A stretch of 62,916 nucleotides of DNA, the filler included, from Patellaria atrata CBS 101060 (Eukaryota): NCBI GenBank assembly GCA_010093705.1. It is 7 parts of 6 records of this genome, joined end to end, with 100 filler letters (N's around TTAATTAATTAA, not from the genome) between each part and the next. Parts side by side here need not be neighbours in the genome. Positions count along the whole stretch, not along the records: positions 36,443 to 50,945 come from MU006134.1; 6 more parts are not named here. One strand, 5' to 3'. Of this stretch, positions 38,813 through 51,045 are shown in pieces (the first letter of the stretch is position 1; the number at the start of each line of letters is the position of its first letter). The notes beneath the pieces are model-generated. The model had not been told where the DNA came from and searched no databases. It worked only from the letters and a program-made list of their open reading frames with translations. A program made the translations under genes and the position numbers.

Positions 38813-39210
38813 ATGACATCCAGCGCATTAGACGAATCAGAGTACAATAGCATCCAAGGTAAGGCGTGGCCAAACAGCTTCGTCGAGGATGGAAAGGCTG
38901 CTAGAAGCGAGATAAGATATACAATAGCAGCTACAGACCAGGAGATACCCCGAGATTTTGAAGACGAGTATATGAGTACAGAGATAGGACGACTCGAACC
39001 AACAGCCACGATATTGTCGAGTTCCTACAGGGCATCTACGAAGGCACGAACTTTGAGCTCAAGGATAGGGAAGAACTGAGAGAGGTTAAAATTACCTATC
39101 TTCGGGATTTTAAGAAGTTCAAAGGCGAAGTAACTAATGACGTAAATATGCATATTGAGCTTTACCCCGACCTAAAGCTCGCGATGACCCACTACCTCCG
39201 CAGACAGTAA
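38813..39210 (+). pseudogene. Possible degraded gene of unknown function
   Basis: 88-aa ORF plus an overlapping protein-like frame HDIVEFLQGIYEG..LKLAMTHYLRRQ*; no family recognised. Confidence 0.3.
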
Positions 39211-39352
39211 CTCACAACCTGACAGTCTCCTCTCCATTCTGAACCACTATCACTATTCATTTAGGGGGTATCTTAATTTAGCCATTGACATTTCAATTTC
39301 GACGCATTGAAGACCATTTTGTGACCTTCTTGGAGCATTGAAGATTTTGGTT

Positions 39353-42300
39353 TATCGCACCTGACTAAGCACTCAGTCGGGTATATATGCCCGTCTTCCT
39401 CCAGTCTCTTGTAGAGCAGACACTTCAATCTACATCTCACTTTACGTGCCCTTGCCACCTGACAGTTATGAGCCCGGCATAATCCGCACCTTACCAAAAT
39501 CATCTCTTGTTCAATTATCCATCAATTATCTTCATTAACTTACCTACTATCTTCTATTTCCACTATGCCTACCCATTCCAAATCGATTTCAGAGGAAGTT
39601 ATTCTCCATGGCATGAACGATTAGTTATCCTGGATTTTTGTGGTCAAAAGTATGGCCGAATCCTACAACCTATGGGACCTCATTGACCCAGAGAAAACCT
39701 CCATACCTCTACAGGAACCAACCCTACCTATCAGAAACACGGGAGATAGGACACTTACCATTACAGGAGAACCATACTTAGAAGCATTTGAGCAGTACAA
39801 GCATGCTCGCAAGCAATTTGAACGCAAACAAGAAAAGCTAGGTCTTATCAGAGTACACATTATTAAAACAGTAGACAGAGCTTTTCTACTCACCCTCAAA
39901 GCTACGACGTCAGTCTACAAGCTCTTAAAATACTTTCACGGTTGATTCGCACCTACTCAGGCAAGTCAAAAAGACCTCATATCACAGCAATATAATAGGG
40001 GCAAGATCTTCGATCCACGCCGCCACAACATTGAGGATTGGTGCCATCAGTTTGCAAACTTATACTGAAGCAAAGAGTTTGGACTTACCAGATGTTGCTG
40101 GATATCGTGCTCAAAAAGACCTTTTAAGAGCCTTCAAGCATCTTGAACCTGCTCAGACAGCACTTATGGGAATCAGAGTTTTCAAAGCTCAAGAAGCCTA
40201 TGCCAAAGCTCGTCACTAGGCTACCACTCCTCAAACCGATCCAGATCCTCAGATCGATCCTGAATGTACAATCGATTACCTCATCAACGAGTTTTTACAA
40301 TATTATCGAGCAACACACACAACGAGAGTCAACATACACGGAGGCGCCTTTGCAACCCTCAACGGAGAGGAATCTCCATACAACAAAAAGAGAAAATATG
40401 CGGAAAGAAGACCAAGCAAACCATGCCCAGCTGGAGATGGAGACAGTCACGACAATATCTGGGGCAGATGCCCGTACATTGACCCAAGCAATAGAGAGAG
40501 TGGATTTGTTGTAGACCCCGAAAAAGCCAAGAAAGTTGTTGAGTTTGAAGTTAGAGAGATAAGAGAGGAATCCTAAACAAAATACGAGCTAGAAACAAGG
40601 ATCGTAGCAAGAAACCTAAAACCAACCAACTCGATTCAGACCAACTAGAAGTCGACTCAGGCTTCCACCCGTCAACTAATAATGGATCCTTTGCAGTCTA
40701 TTCGTCGAATTCCAACCAAGGCTCCGCTCAACAATATCCATTACTTCATTCTTGGACTCTTGACCCCGCTTCAGACGTCCACATCTGCAACAACCCTACA
40801 GAATTCCACTGGAAAGCACCAGCAGCTGACAATGACGTGATACTAGCTGGAGGGCAAGAAATGCAGATACAAGCATGGGGAGAGGTGATTATTCCATTCT
40901 TGACTCCTAATGGAATCAAGAAGGCTACTTTCAAACACGTCGCTCTAGTGCCACCATTCTTCACCTCGTTAGTCTCGTTATATCGGCTCAACTATACTGG
41001 GATCCATTTCGACTCTGGGGATAACGCTCTCTACAAAAAAGGCCTTAACAGAGAGACTGTTGCCTCGCTAACCAAGGTTGGAGGTCATTGGCTAGTTATG
41101 CATAGAACGAAGGCACCTATATCTCATACGGAACCACAAAGACCATTCCAGACATTTACTTCCTCCAGTTAACACCGCTTATCTGCACAGCCTCGAAAAC
41201 CACGCCAACTTACTGCCAATAAAGCTCATCTCCTCATAGGGCATCCAAGCAAAGAAACGATTGACCACCTTAGTTCCAACGCCATTGGTTGCTAAGATAC
41301 TGGAGAAGCACCAACAAAGTTCCATTGTGAACAATGTCTAGCCAATAAAGCTCATCACATTATCTCAAGACGACCTGGAAGAGAACATGGTGCCATAAGA
41401 CCATTTGAATCAATTGCTATTGATATTATCAAGTTAGATACAACGGGATACAATGGGCATAAGTACATCTTTCATGGTTACTGTCTTGTTACCAAGTTTA
41501 ACTTAGTCTATTCCATTCCCAATCGAGAGAAGGAAACCCTCCTAAAGGTGCTCCAAGTCATAGACCACAGGATCAAGCGAGAATTCAACATCGCATGCAC
41601 TTTTCTTCTTATGGATGGAGAAAGAGGGTATGGCTTTGCAGCAGAGGACTCAATGATCGCTTACTGCCACGAAGAAGGTATCCAGATCCAAGTCCGCGCT
41701 CCATATACACCAGAACAGAACAGTCCTGCAGAAAGATCTGGCAAAACTCTCATTGAACACTCAAGAGCAATGATGGTTACTGCAAAACTGCCAATCTATC
41801 TTGCTCCAGAGGTTTATATCACAGCTGGCTATCTACTTAACCGCACTCCGAACAAATTATTGCAATAGCATACTCCATTTGAGAAAGCATACAACAAGAA
41901 GCCTTCACTAGCGCATCTCCATATATTTGGATGCAGAGCTTTTCCTTTAAGGAACATGATTCCAAGAGCTGATAAACTTTCACCTCGAGCTCATATTGGC
42001 TATCTGGTTGGATATGACTCAACAAATATTTTCCGCATTTGGATCCCCAAAGCCTCAAGCAGGACTCATCAAGGGAAAGTGATTCGCTCTCGTGATGTGT
42101 TCTTCAAAGAAGACATTTTCTATGGAGATCAGCCTGATGACCTAATTCATGATAAGTCCCTCAAGGAGATAATCCATATTATTGACATACCAGAACCTGA
42201 AGCTGAAAGCTCTTCTGAGGATGAAGATATCATTAATCCTACTTTGTCTCCAGAACACGAGATTGAACAGTAAGAGTCTCATCAAACATTACAGGATAAA

Positions 42301-43872
42301 GACTCTGCAACAAGCCTACTACATTACAATCGCTATCCTACTCCCAGATCAGGCCAATTGCCTCAATCGTCATTATCCAGTACTTTAGACACAAGTAGCA
42401 CAACCAGTTCTCAAACACTTATGGCACATACTCTATTAGAGCAACCAACTCAACCTTCTCGATCATCTCATAAAAGACGACACTCTAATACGGCCATTAA
42501 TAGAGATACCATCGATGCTCAATTTCGCTTATCAAATATTCTTCCTGAAGGATCAAAAAGAGCTAGAACTAAATCTCAAGAACAACCTTACGCAATTAGC
42601 CATTATTGGTCTACCTTTATGGCATCTTCAACCAACAATAACAAGCATCGCTTCCACCGTTCTCAACTTCCATCCGAACCTCGATACTGGTCAGATATTC
42701 AAGCAATGATAGAACCGCACAAGCAAGGATTTATTGCAGCCACTCATCGGGAACTTCAGACTATCAAAAGAAAAAGTACTTATGAAGAGATCTTATGGAA
42801 AGATTTTGACTCCATTGAACATGAGATTTTACCGCTACTTTGGGTGTTCAAGTACAAATTTGACAATGAAGGTTATCTTCTCAAGTACAAAGCTCGAATT
42901 TGCGTACGAGGAGATCTTCAAACCACTACTGAAGATACTCATGCTGCTGCACTAGCTATCAAGATATCCCGCTCTCTCATGGCTATTGCCGCCTACTTCA
43001 ATCTCGATATCAGGCAGTATGATGCAGTCAATGCGTTCACAAACGCAGATCTTGACACAGCTGTCTATTGCCATCCACGTGAAGGATTTAATGACAAGCA
43101 ACATCTTTGGAAACTACGTCGTGCACTCTACGGCCTCAAGACTTCACCAATCTTTTGGTACAAAAATCTTACACAGACTCTGAGCCAATTTGGTCCCAAA
43201 CCAGTCCTCGGTGCTTCTTGTCTTTGGATGGATAACAAGCTTATCGTCTTCTTCTACGTAGATGACATCGTAGTCCTAGCAAAACCAGGCCACTCTACTC
43301 ATCTTGACTCGTTTGAGAGGAAGCTTTTCCAACGCTATGAGATCCACTCACTAGGATATCTCAAGGCCTTTTGCGGCATAACCGTGCAGAGACAGAGACA
43401 ATGGCTCTATCTGGCTAAATCAAGGAGACTACGTCGATAAGATCTACCACAAATATCCATCTCCAAAAGCATTCACGAAATCACCTCAAACGCTATTGCA
43501 GGCAGAGGATCTCCTTCCGTCTAATGAAACTAAAAACGAAAGCAACTATCCACGCTATGCTCAATTGGTCGGATCAATTGGCTATGCAGCCGGAGCAACA
43601 AGACCAGATATCTCAAAAGCACACTGCAAACTTGCTGAGTTCCTAACCAATCCTGCAGCAACTCACATTAACGCTGCATACCAAACTCTAGCCTACCTCT
43701 ACTATGCAAAATCAAAATCACTCTTTTACAATGCCTCAATTACAGCAGATGCAGCCTTTATTCAGGACAACGAAGAACCCGATTTCTTTGGTGCAACTAA
43801 CGCCTCTTATGCGGATCACCAAGCGACTCGAAAGAGCTCACAGGGTTACATCTTCTTCCTCTTTGGAGGTCC
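39353..43872 (+). mobile_element. Ty1/copia family 2, 3'-truncated within RNase H
   Basis: LTR 39353-39464, PBS GTTATGAGCCCGGC, WTLDPASDVH, EQNSPAER, YVDD, SQGYIFFLFGGP then a break; stops and frameshifts. Confidence 0.92.
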
Positions 43873-45144
43873 GAATCGAGTTGGTTGGTTTTAGGTTTCT
43901 TGCTACGATCCTTGTTTCTAGCTCGTATTTTGTTTAGGATTCCTCTCTTATCTCTCTAACTTCAAACTCAACAACTTTCTTGGCTTTTTCGGGGTCTACA
44001 ACAAATCCACTCTCTCTATTGCTTGGGTCAATGTACGGGCATCTGCCCCAGATATTGTCGTGACTGTCTCCATCTCCAGCTGGGCATGGTTTGCTTGGTC
44101 TTCTTTCCGCATATTTTCTCTTTTTGTTGTATGGAGATTCCTCTCCGTTGAGGGTTGCAAAGGCGCCTCCGTGTATGTTGACTCTCGTTGTGTGTGTTGC
44201 TCGATAATATTGTAAAAACTCGTTGATGAGGTAATCGATTGTACATTCAGGATCGATCTGAGGATCTGGATCGGTTTGAGGAGTGGTAGCCTAGTGACGA
44301 GCTTTGGCATAGGCTTCTTGAGCTTTGAAAACTCTGATTCCCATAAGTGCTGTCTGAGCAGGTTCAAGATGCTTGAAGGCTCTTAAAAGGTCTTTTTGAG
44401 CACGATATCCAGCAACATCTGGTAAGTCCAAACTCTTTGCTTCAGTATAAGTTTGCAAACTGATGGCACCAATCCTCAATGTTGTGGCGGCGTGGATCGA
44501 AGATCTTGCCCCTATTATATTGCTGTGATATGAGGTCTTTTTGACTTGCCTGAGTAGGTGCGAATCAACCGTGAAAGTATTTTAAGAGCTTGTAGACTGA
44601 CGTCGTAGCTTTGAGGGTGAGTAGAAAAGCTCTGTCTACTGTTTTAATAATGTGTACTCTGATAAGACCTAGCTTTTCTTGTTTGCGTTCAAATTGCTTG
44701 CGAGCATGCTTGTACTGCTCAAATGCTTCTAAGTATGGTTCTCCTGTAATGGTAAGTGTCCTATCTCCCGTGTTTCTGATAGGTAGGGTTGGTTCCTGTA
44801 GAGGTATGGAGGTTTTCTCTGGGTCAATGAGGTCCCATAGGTTGTAGGATTCGGCCATACTTTTGACCACAAAAATCCAGGATAACCAATCGTTCATGCC
44901 GTGAAGGATAACTTCCTCTGAAATCATCTTGGAATAATTAAGCATAGTGGAAACAGAAGATAGTAGGTTGGAGTGCTGTTCTTTTTAGATGATTTTAAAG
45001 GTGCGGATTATGCCGGGCTCATAACTGTTAGGTGGCAAGGGCATGTAAAGTGAAGAATGTAGATTGAAGTGTCTGCTCTAGAAGAGACTCGAGGAAGACG
45101 GGAATATATAACTTACCCGACTGAGTGCTTAGTCAGGTGCGATA
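43873..45144 (-). mobile_element. copia family 2, second copy (5' LTR + gag only), inverted
   Basis: LTR 45026-45144; PBS; 43873-~44880 is the reverse complement of ~39630-40637. Confidence 0.88.
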
Positions 45145-45339
45145 GGATCAAATGGTTTCGACCCCATAAGACCTATAAGTAGAAATATCCTTCACGAAAT
45201 AACTTGGCCCACGATTTTACAAAGTTGGCAACTGCACACCATATTGCTACACAAGTTACACATTAATGTACCTAGAAATGTAATTCTAGCAACGTGAAAA
45301 CTTAGCCTGATGAACCTGTTCATTCCTTTTCGCCAGACT

Positions 45340-46744
45340 ATGAAAGAATTTCTTTCCAGTCTTTCTTTTTTTCTTTCCTGGAATGTTGTAGATGTTTCCT
45401 TGCGATGTCTTCTGAAGAACCGGAATGGATATTCCCACCTGCTGGAAATGCTTCAATGCCAATCGAGCACATTGATATTACTTCCTTGATCGGGCCGGTC
45501 TACCCAGGTGATAGCATCGAGCTCGATTGGCTCCCTAGGGGAGAAGCGTCTTTTACCTTGAACTGTGGTAGTACGATAAGCAGACCCTTCACCTTCAATC
45601 CGTAGGAGACAAAGGCTTACGATTCGAAAAAAGGGGCTGAGAAACGACAATCTGGCAGTCCACCGTTAAGTTTCACGTTCGGAGAAGATACTGCCGAGAA
45701 TGATAGCGCAATTTGCCAATTCTCGTTCGACGACGGTGCTTTCCATCCTAGCGACCGCAAAACGCTTACTTTTGAATTCAATCGTCAGCGAAATACCGAC
45801 AAAATGCGTATATGGAATACAGTACACTTGAGAATTTTGTATCCTGACATTGTAACCTGGATCTATCCACCGTGCGGCATTGCGAGTGATTTCTTCCCTA
45901 ATTCAGCAATTGGGCCAGTGTCGTTAAATGAGATGATTATTCTTGAGTGGGAACCAGCTGAGGAACCGGTATATCCGCTATTGTGGTGTTCCAATTCAAC
46001 GGACGCTAGTAGATGGGCATGATTTCCCTATACTTTGCCAGCTGCTGATTACGCACCTGTAGAAAGGAAAGGCTGGCAAAGATGTTTGCAGCCCAGGTTG
46101 GAGGTCGATCATTAAACCCCGGCGATGGCGTCAAATCACCATTTGAATGGCGTTTTATAGATCAATATGACAGCAGCATGACCGTCATTTACCATTTGTC
46201 AATCTCAGCAACAAGAACCGGAAATACCGCATCTTTTTACTATAGCAGCCAAACAGCGGAGGATATCCATAGTTGGAAACGTCAAGAAGCCGAAGATACA
46301 AGAACTTCTCAAAGCAAGAGTATCGTTTCTACTACCAGCCCCCCAACCACCTCGGCATTCTCATCTACTACTATATCCCTTGAAGGCTTGCTAAGGAGCA
46401 GTACTACCTCTACATCTTCACCTGCGCAGACAACGAGCAGACCTCATCACGATTCCAGCAAGGCCTGGATAGCTGGGGCGGTGATTAGTCCTCTCGCATT
46501 GCTAGCCATCGTGGTAGGAGGCCTTTTGCATCTTCGATGACAGTCTGCAAAGAAGCGCCGAAATGTAGTTCAATCGGACCAAGGTTATCAGAAACCCGAG
46601 GTTTCGGGTGAACCCATGCAGAACGAACGATATGAAATGCCGGCTCATATGGAACCCGCGGAGTTAGAGGCTCATGGCATCTCGGATATCGTCTCTGTAT
46701 CGGCAATCAAAATGGTTCCAGCCGCTTCTAAACAGCTCGGTTGA
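45340..46744 (+). pseudogene. Type I membrane protein with Ser/Thr stalk (Mid2/Wsc-like architecture)
   Basis: Signal-like start, two related W-I-(F/Y)-PP ectodomain units, S/T-rich linker, TM AWIAGAVISPLALLAIVVGGLL, tail KPEVSGE..PAELEA; frameshift near the start, TAG 45603, TGA 46538. Confidence 0.7.
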
Positions 46745-47440
46745 TTGGGATATCTGATGTTATACGCAAGCACTCTTGGTTATTATGGTATTGCTCAGTA
46801 TGGCCAAGAATATGAAGAATTGGATCCTCGGACCGGTGTATTAAACGTCCCATTCAGTACGACGGTGATCTCGGGAAGCCATCATTTGGCTCGATAATCT
46901 TGTTCGATAGGTGCTCGTACTGTACAGAAGATTGATGTCTTCGGGAACTATAGTAGATGAAGTTTTCCTTACCCTTTTTAGTCTCACTAAAGTGAGTTTA
47001 AACTAGGAAATTTACACGTATTATATCTAACCCTGTTATTACCTTCCTTATAAGGTCGGATAGAGCTTTTCGCCAGCAATTCAAAAGTGACTGTTAGTGA
47101 CAGAACATACCATCACATTGTCAACTCAATCATTCAAAGTTATAACACGTTAGCAAAATGTTCATGTTCGAGCAATTGATCCTGTGCATCAAGGGCTCAG
47201 GTATCTTTTCGCTGGGTAGCAGCGTGCTCAAGCTCATCTCATAGACTACAGCCCAAATCCACCCTCTAGTGGGCCTACGAGTACAGTTTCGCCTGCATAC
47301 TCTGAGGCTTTGGTTCGCCCACATATTATCTCAAGCTTACATATTCAGACTAAGAATAGTCCCTAAACGGATCATACAATATACGGACAACCTGTCTATA
47401 CCTAAAGGAGCTCCGAACTTGGACATGGAGGAAATACCTC

Positions 47441-48317
47441 CTATAGATCCTCACCGGCCTTCTTCCTCTTTAAAGGCGCTGGCTTTTTAGTTGCAGCTGT
47501 ACAATATTCTTCTCGAGCCTTATTTTGCTCCTTGACGAAATCACCGATGTGGTCTGGAATCTTCTTGACTCTGTTGTAGGGCCCTGGTACTGGATCGCCG
47601 AACTTCTCGTACACCGGAATGACGCCCGTCCATACCGTATCCAGTATGTCCTCCCTCTTCGTATCCTTTCTCTCATCCTCAGGGACACCTTCCCTAACCT
47701 TGCCACTGGCAGTTTTAATTTTCATCTTCAGGATCCTAGTCGATTGCATCTCTGCATTATCTGGCGGAACACGAGTATTGTCATAGCGATCTGGAACCAC
47801 CGAGTTTGTGACCAATTGCATCGCCCACAGCTTCTCCCCCACATCCTCTACTATCGTTGCATAGCCTTGTAGCACCGCGGACCGGTAGTTGTAGTTGTGA
47901 GAGTTCGGAGTCAATGACAGCACGAAACCGTCGACTTTCGTGGCAGCGACGCAGAGAGGCAATCCTTCCTCGCCCCTTTTCACAGCTTCGTCCGCCAGTC
48001 TCATAAGCCGCGAGGATACGTATCCGTGTAGGTAGACACTAGGAGCTCCTTCGTCAATGGTTTCATTTCCTAGATACAACCCTAACTGGCCGATCATAGG
48101 TAAGACTATCGGTAAGGCTGTAGATGGATCCGGCACGAATGATACATGGAGTACGGAGGTATTATTGACGACTGAGTGGATAAAATCCGCATCGTAAGTT
48201 GCTTAGAAGGTTCATTAGCCCAATCTTATAGTAAATTTAGGTGAATCTTTCCACACCTTGGTGTTTATATCTATTAATTGTATTTGCGGGTATCTTTGGG
48301 TAAGTATCATTTTCCAT
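47441..48317 (-). CDS. Flavin-nucleotide-binding protein, pyridoxamine 5'-phosphate oxidase-like/NimA family (2 exons: 48317-48257, 48201-47441)
   Basis: YPK..NTINRYKHQATYD..LHVSF; YLHGYVSSR; DGFVLSLTPNSHNYNYRSAVL; ASGKVREG; VWTGVIP; 55-bp GT..CTAAT..AG intron keeps the frame. Confidence 0.9.
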
Positions 48318-49087
48318 GCTGGTTCAAGTATTACGAAAGGTAATTCTGGCGTCTGTTACACTATTTCACTAGAGCAGTTTGAGGTACTAGGAAAATCAAT
48401 CTACCTTAGTTCTACGGCAGAGGCGAATGCACTTTTCTATTCTTCAGCCAGACGCCCTCCAATCTCCTTATCATCATTAAAAATGTCCAAAGCATTATCG
48501 TTCAAAAATCAAAATGACTCTTGTGATCCTCCGTCCCCCGCGCTGTACTCGAGCCAGAACTCCAGTTATCGCTCCTTTTAACCTAAAAGAGTATCTCTAC
48601 GCGGTACCCAGAACGCCTCTATCTCAACGTTACTCCGACGACTTCCATGGCATCACCACCATCAATATCAAATGATTATTACTAAACTGAGTAAAGTCTC
48701 CTAATTCCTAAGGATCTCTTTATTCACATCTACCCCCGACAAATGCTATTTTCTTCTCTTTGTTTCAATCATGTCGTGTCTAGTCCGAGATGGTTTAACA
48801 GTGACGAGATTCATAAACTGTCGTCACATCCAGTCGTGGGCAAGAAAGACGCTGTTAAAAGCGACGACACCTTCGCATCGAACCAGCAGTAACACTATCC
48901 GCATATACGGATGATACGGCGTTTTCACTCCTCGATTTACTAATACTAGGAGAGTAGTCCCAGGGGTTGACACGTCCTCGTTTGTTTCGGACGGCTCATG
49001 GATGCTAAATCCGCCCTATCGGTTCCATAGTTCCCTTGTCTGAGATTAGTCGCCATCCCGATTCCTTAACCGCAAGCAATATCGGTG

Positions 49088-49420
49088 TCAGATTGTGAAA
49101 TTTCTTCCGTTAGAGATGTGAATATACTGCCCCTCGCAGTAGGGGTCTTCATGCTTTGACAAAAGCTTGGAAACTAAACAGAAACTTGAGATTTCTGCTG
49201 ACAGTCGCTCCAATTCCGTGTTGGCCAGCGCTGTGTGGTGGTCACCAGGTGCGTACATCGCCATGTTGTTGATTACTCCGTTTGCTTCACCCTCGCTCGT
49301 CAACCCTATGTGATATCTTGCTTCATTCTCGCTGGTCAACGCCGTGTGGTAGTCATCGGGTATGACACCGTTTGCGGATGAAGGGGGTAAAGGGAGGATG
49401 GGGGATTTGTGGGAGAACAT
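49088..49420 (-). CDS. Hypothetical protein (possibly a first exon)
   Basis: 110-aa ATG ORF with internal repeat ANGVI..D(Y/H)HTAL; no family recognised. Confidence 0.3.
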   Translation of the reverse strand: MFSHKSPILPLPPSSANGVIPDDYHTALTSENEARYHIGLTSEGEANGVINNMAMYAPGDHHTALANTELERLSAEISSFCLVSKLLSKHEDPYCEGQYIHISNGRNFTI

Positions 49421-49724
49421 TTTGGTAAGCTGCTGCCTTTCTGCAATTCAAGTTTCAAGCTAGAAGTACGTCTAGTTAATTCCTGACGTAGAACTATCCA
49501 AAACTACATCAGCCAGGACGTAGTGTCTATGCACCCGACGCAAGTGAACATATATTCACTGAGCCCCTAATTGCTCGCAATCCGCAAACTTACCGCATTC
49601 ACCGAAGTTACTGCGGGCAATCTTGGCGTGTATATGTTCAACTTTCTGCACGGTTGGGGAACCACTTCTGCACACTCCGTCCCTGTCACTTACGTACCAT
49701 GGGCAGAGTACATAGGGAACATGC

Positions 49725-49815
49725 TTCCATATGATGATTGAACAATTGGCTCAGCTACAAGTTTTAAATCGCTCTTGGTGTTTCTCACTGCTGGGTTATA
49801 TTGTTGTCTAAGGAA
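49725..49815 (+). ncRNA. Probable C/D-box snoRNA, copy 1
   Basis: TTCC-AT-ATGATGA (box C, 49731) ... CTAA (RIP-type variant of CTGA, 49808)-GGAA terminal stem; paralogous to copy 2. Confidence 0.5.
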
Positions 49816-50188
49816 CCAGTTGTTGACATTACCTGTCTACTAGTTCATCAACCACACCGCTGGCTGTCTGTGCTTGGAAATGCATAACCTTGAGCTTATC
49901 TAGTAGATAGAAATATGCATAGTATCTAATGACTGAAGTATTTGTAGATATTTGTGCTATCTCAATCCATTGCTTTTCCGGCCACCTCAAAGACCTGTCG
50001 CGTTCCGTGTCTCTTAGCAGTTCGCATATGGCAACATCTTGCGTTCACTTAATCCACTGCCAGAAACTTAGCGTGAATATGTAATACTTCGAGAGTTCAC
50101 ACAGCTTCAACACATTTTTGCTTTTCTCGGGTTGGCCGTGCAATTCAAAATACCGTTGCCATACTTTCACACCTAGATAAGGGGGATC

Positions 50189-50296
50189 TTAGACAGGGCT
50201 AAATGATGTTTTAACAATTACCTCAGCTACGGTTTTGCAATCCCCTTTCGGTTTGCCAACCTGCTGAGTTATATTGTTGTCTGAGGTGTTGTCTAA
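50189..50296 (+). ncRNA. Probable C/D-box snoRNA, copy 2
   Basis: ATGATGT at 50203, CTGA at 50281, flanking stem TTAGACA/TGTCTAA; shares GTTATATTGTTGT before box D with copy 1. Confidence 0.55.
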
Positions 50297-50822
50297 AATA
50301 CTGTTGACGTTGACTACCTGGCTTGTTTGTAGATAGTTTTACCTACGAGTTACCATAACCCTTCCCACAATAATGAAATCTTAAGTCGCCACGTGCCCAT
50401 TCAACTGCCAGATGTCTGGGTATAAATATATTTGCTTCGTGAGCTCTTACTCCTTGTTTCTCCTCAGGGAAGCCGACGGGAAGAGCTAATACATGCAAAA
50501 ATCCGTGCTTTCACCATGCGGTGTTAGACGGGCCATCTGATGATTTAACAATTAGCTCAGCAATAGGTTTGGAATCCCCTTTGGGTCCACCAAAGCTCTT
50601 CATGTTTATTAGAACCATTTCTTGGCTGGAACGACAGCTTTATCTTATTCCTTCAAACCATCCTCCACAGTGCTTACTATATAGTACAGGAAGATAGAAA
50701 ACGTAAGGGGACTCGGAGCTACTCAATTGACTTAGCTGTGCAAATCGTGGGGATTTTAAATGCACCTACTGATGTTCATCAAGCGTATAGAGCCAAATAA
50801 ATGTCCATGACTAGTCTATTAA

Positions 50823-50945
50823 TGTTGAAGTAGGGGTCCCCTTGTTAGACTGACGATCTTGGTGGAAAGGATAATCAAGTATATCTCCTACTGCCTTACG
50901 CTAGTTATTAGCATCATTCCTTTAACACAGCTGCCTAGTAGGTAT
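50823..50945. repeat. Family D LTR, partial (cut by linker)
   Basis: Nearly identical to 28996-29117. Confidence 0.88.
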
Positions 50946-51045
50946 NNNNNNNNNNNNNNNNNNNNNNNNNNNNNNNNNNNNNNNNNNNNTTAATTAATTA
51001 ANNNNNNNNNNNNNNNNNNNNNNNNNNNNNNNNNNNNNNNNNNNN

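Noticed and set aside
39353..45144. Novel TIR-bounded composite element made from copia LTRs
   Set aside because: No shared TSD and the LTRs differ; artifact or rearrangement is simpler.
48258..48581. 107-aa plus-strand ORF
   Set aside because: Non-ATG start, overlaps exon 1 of the real gene in antisense, no motif.
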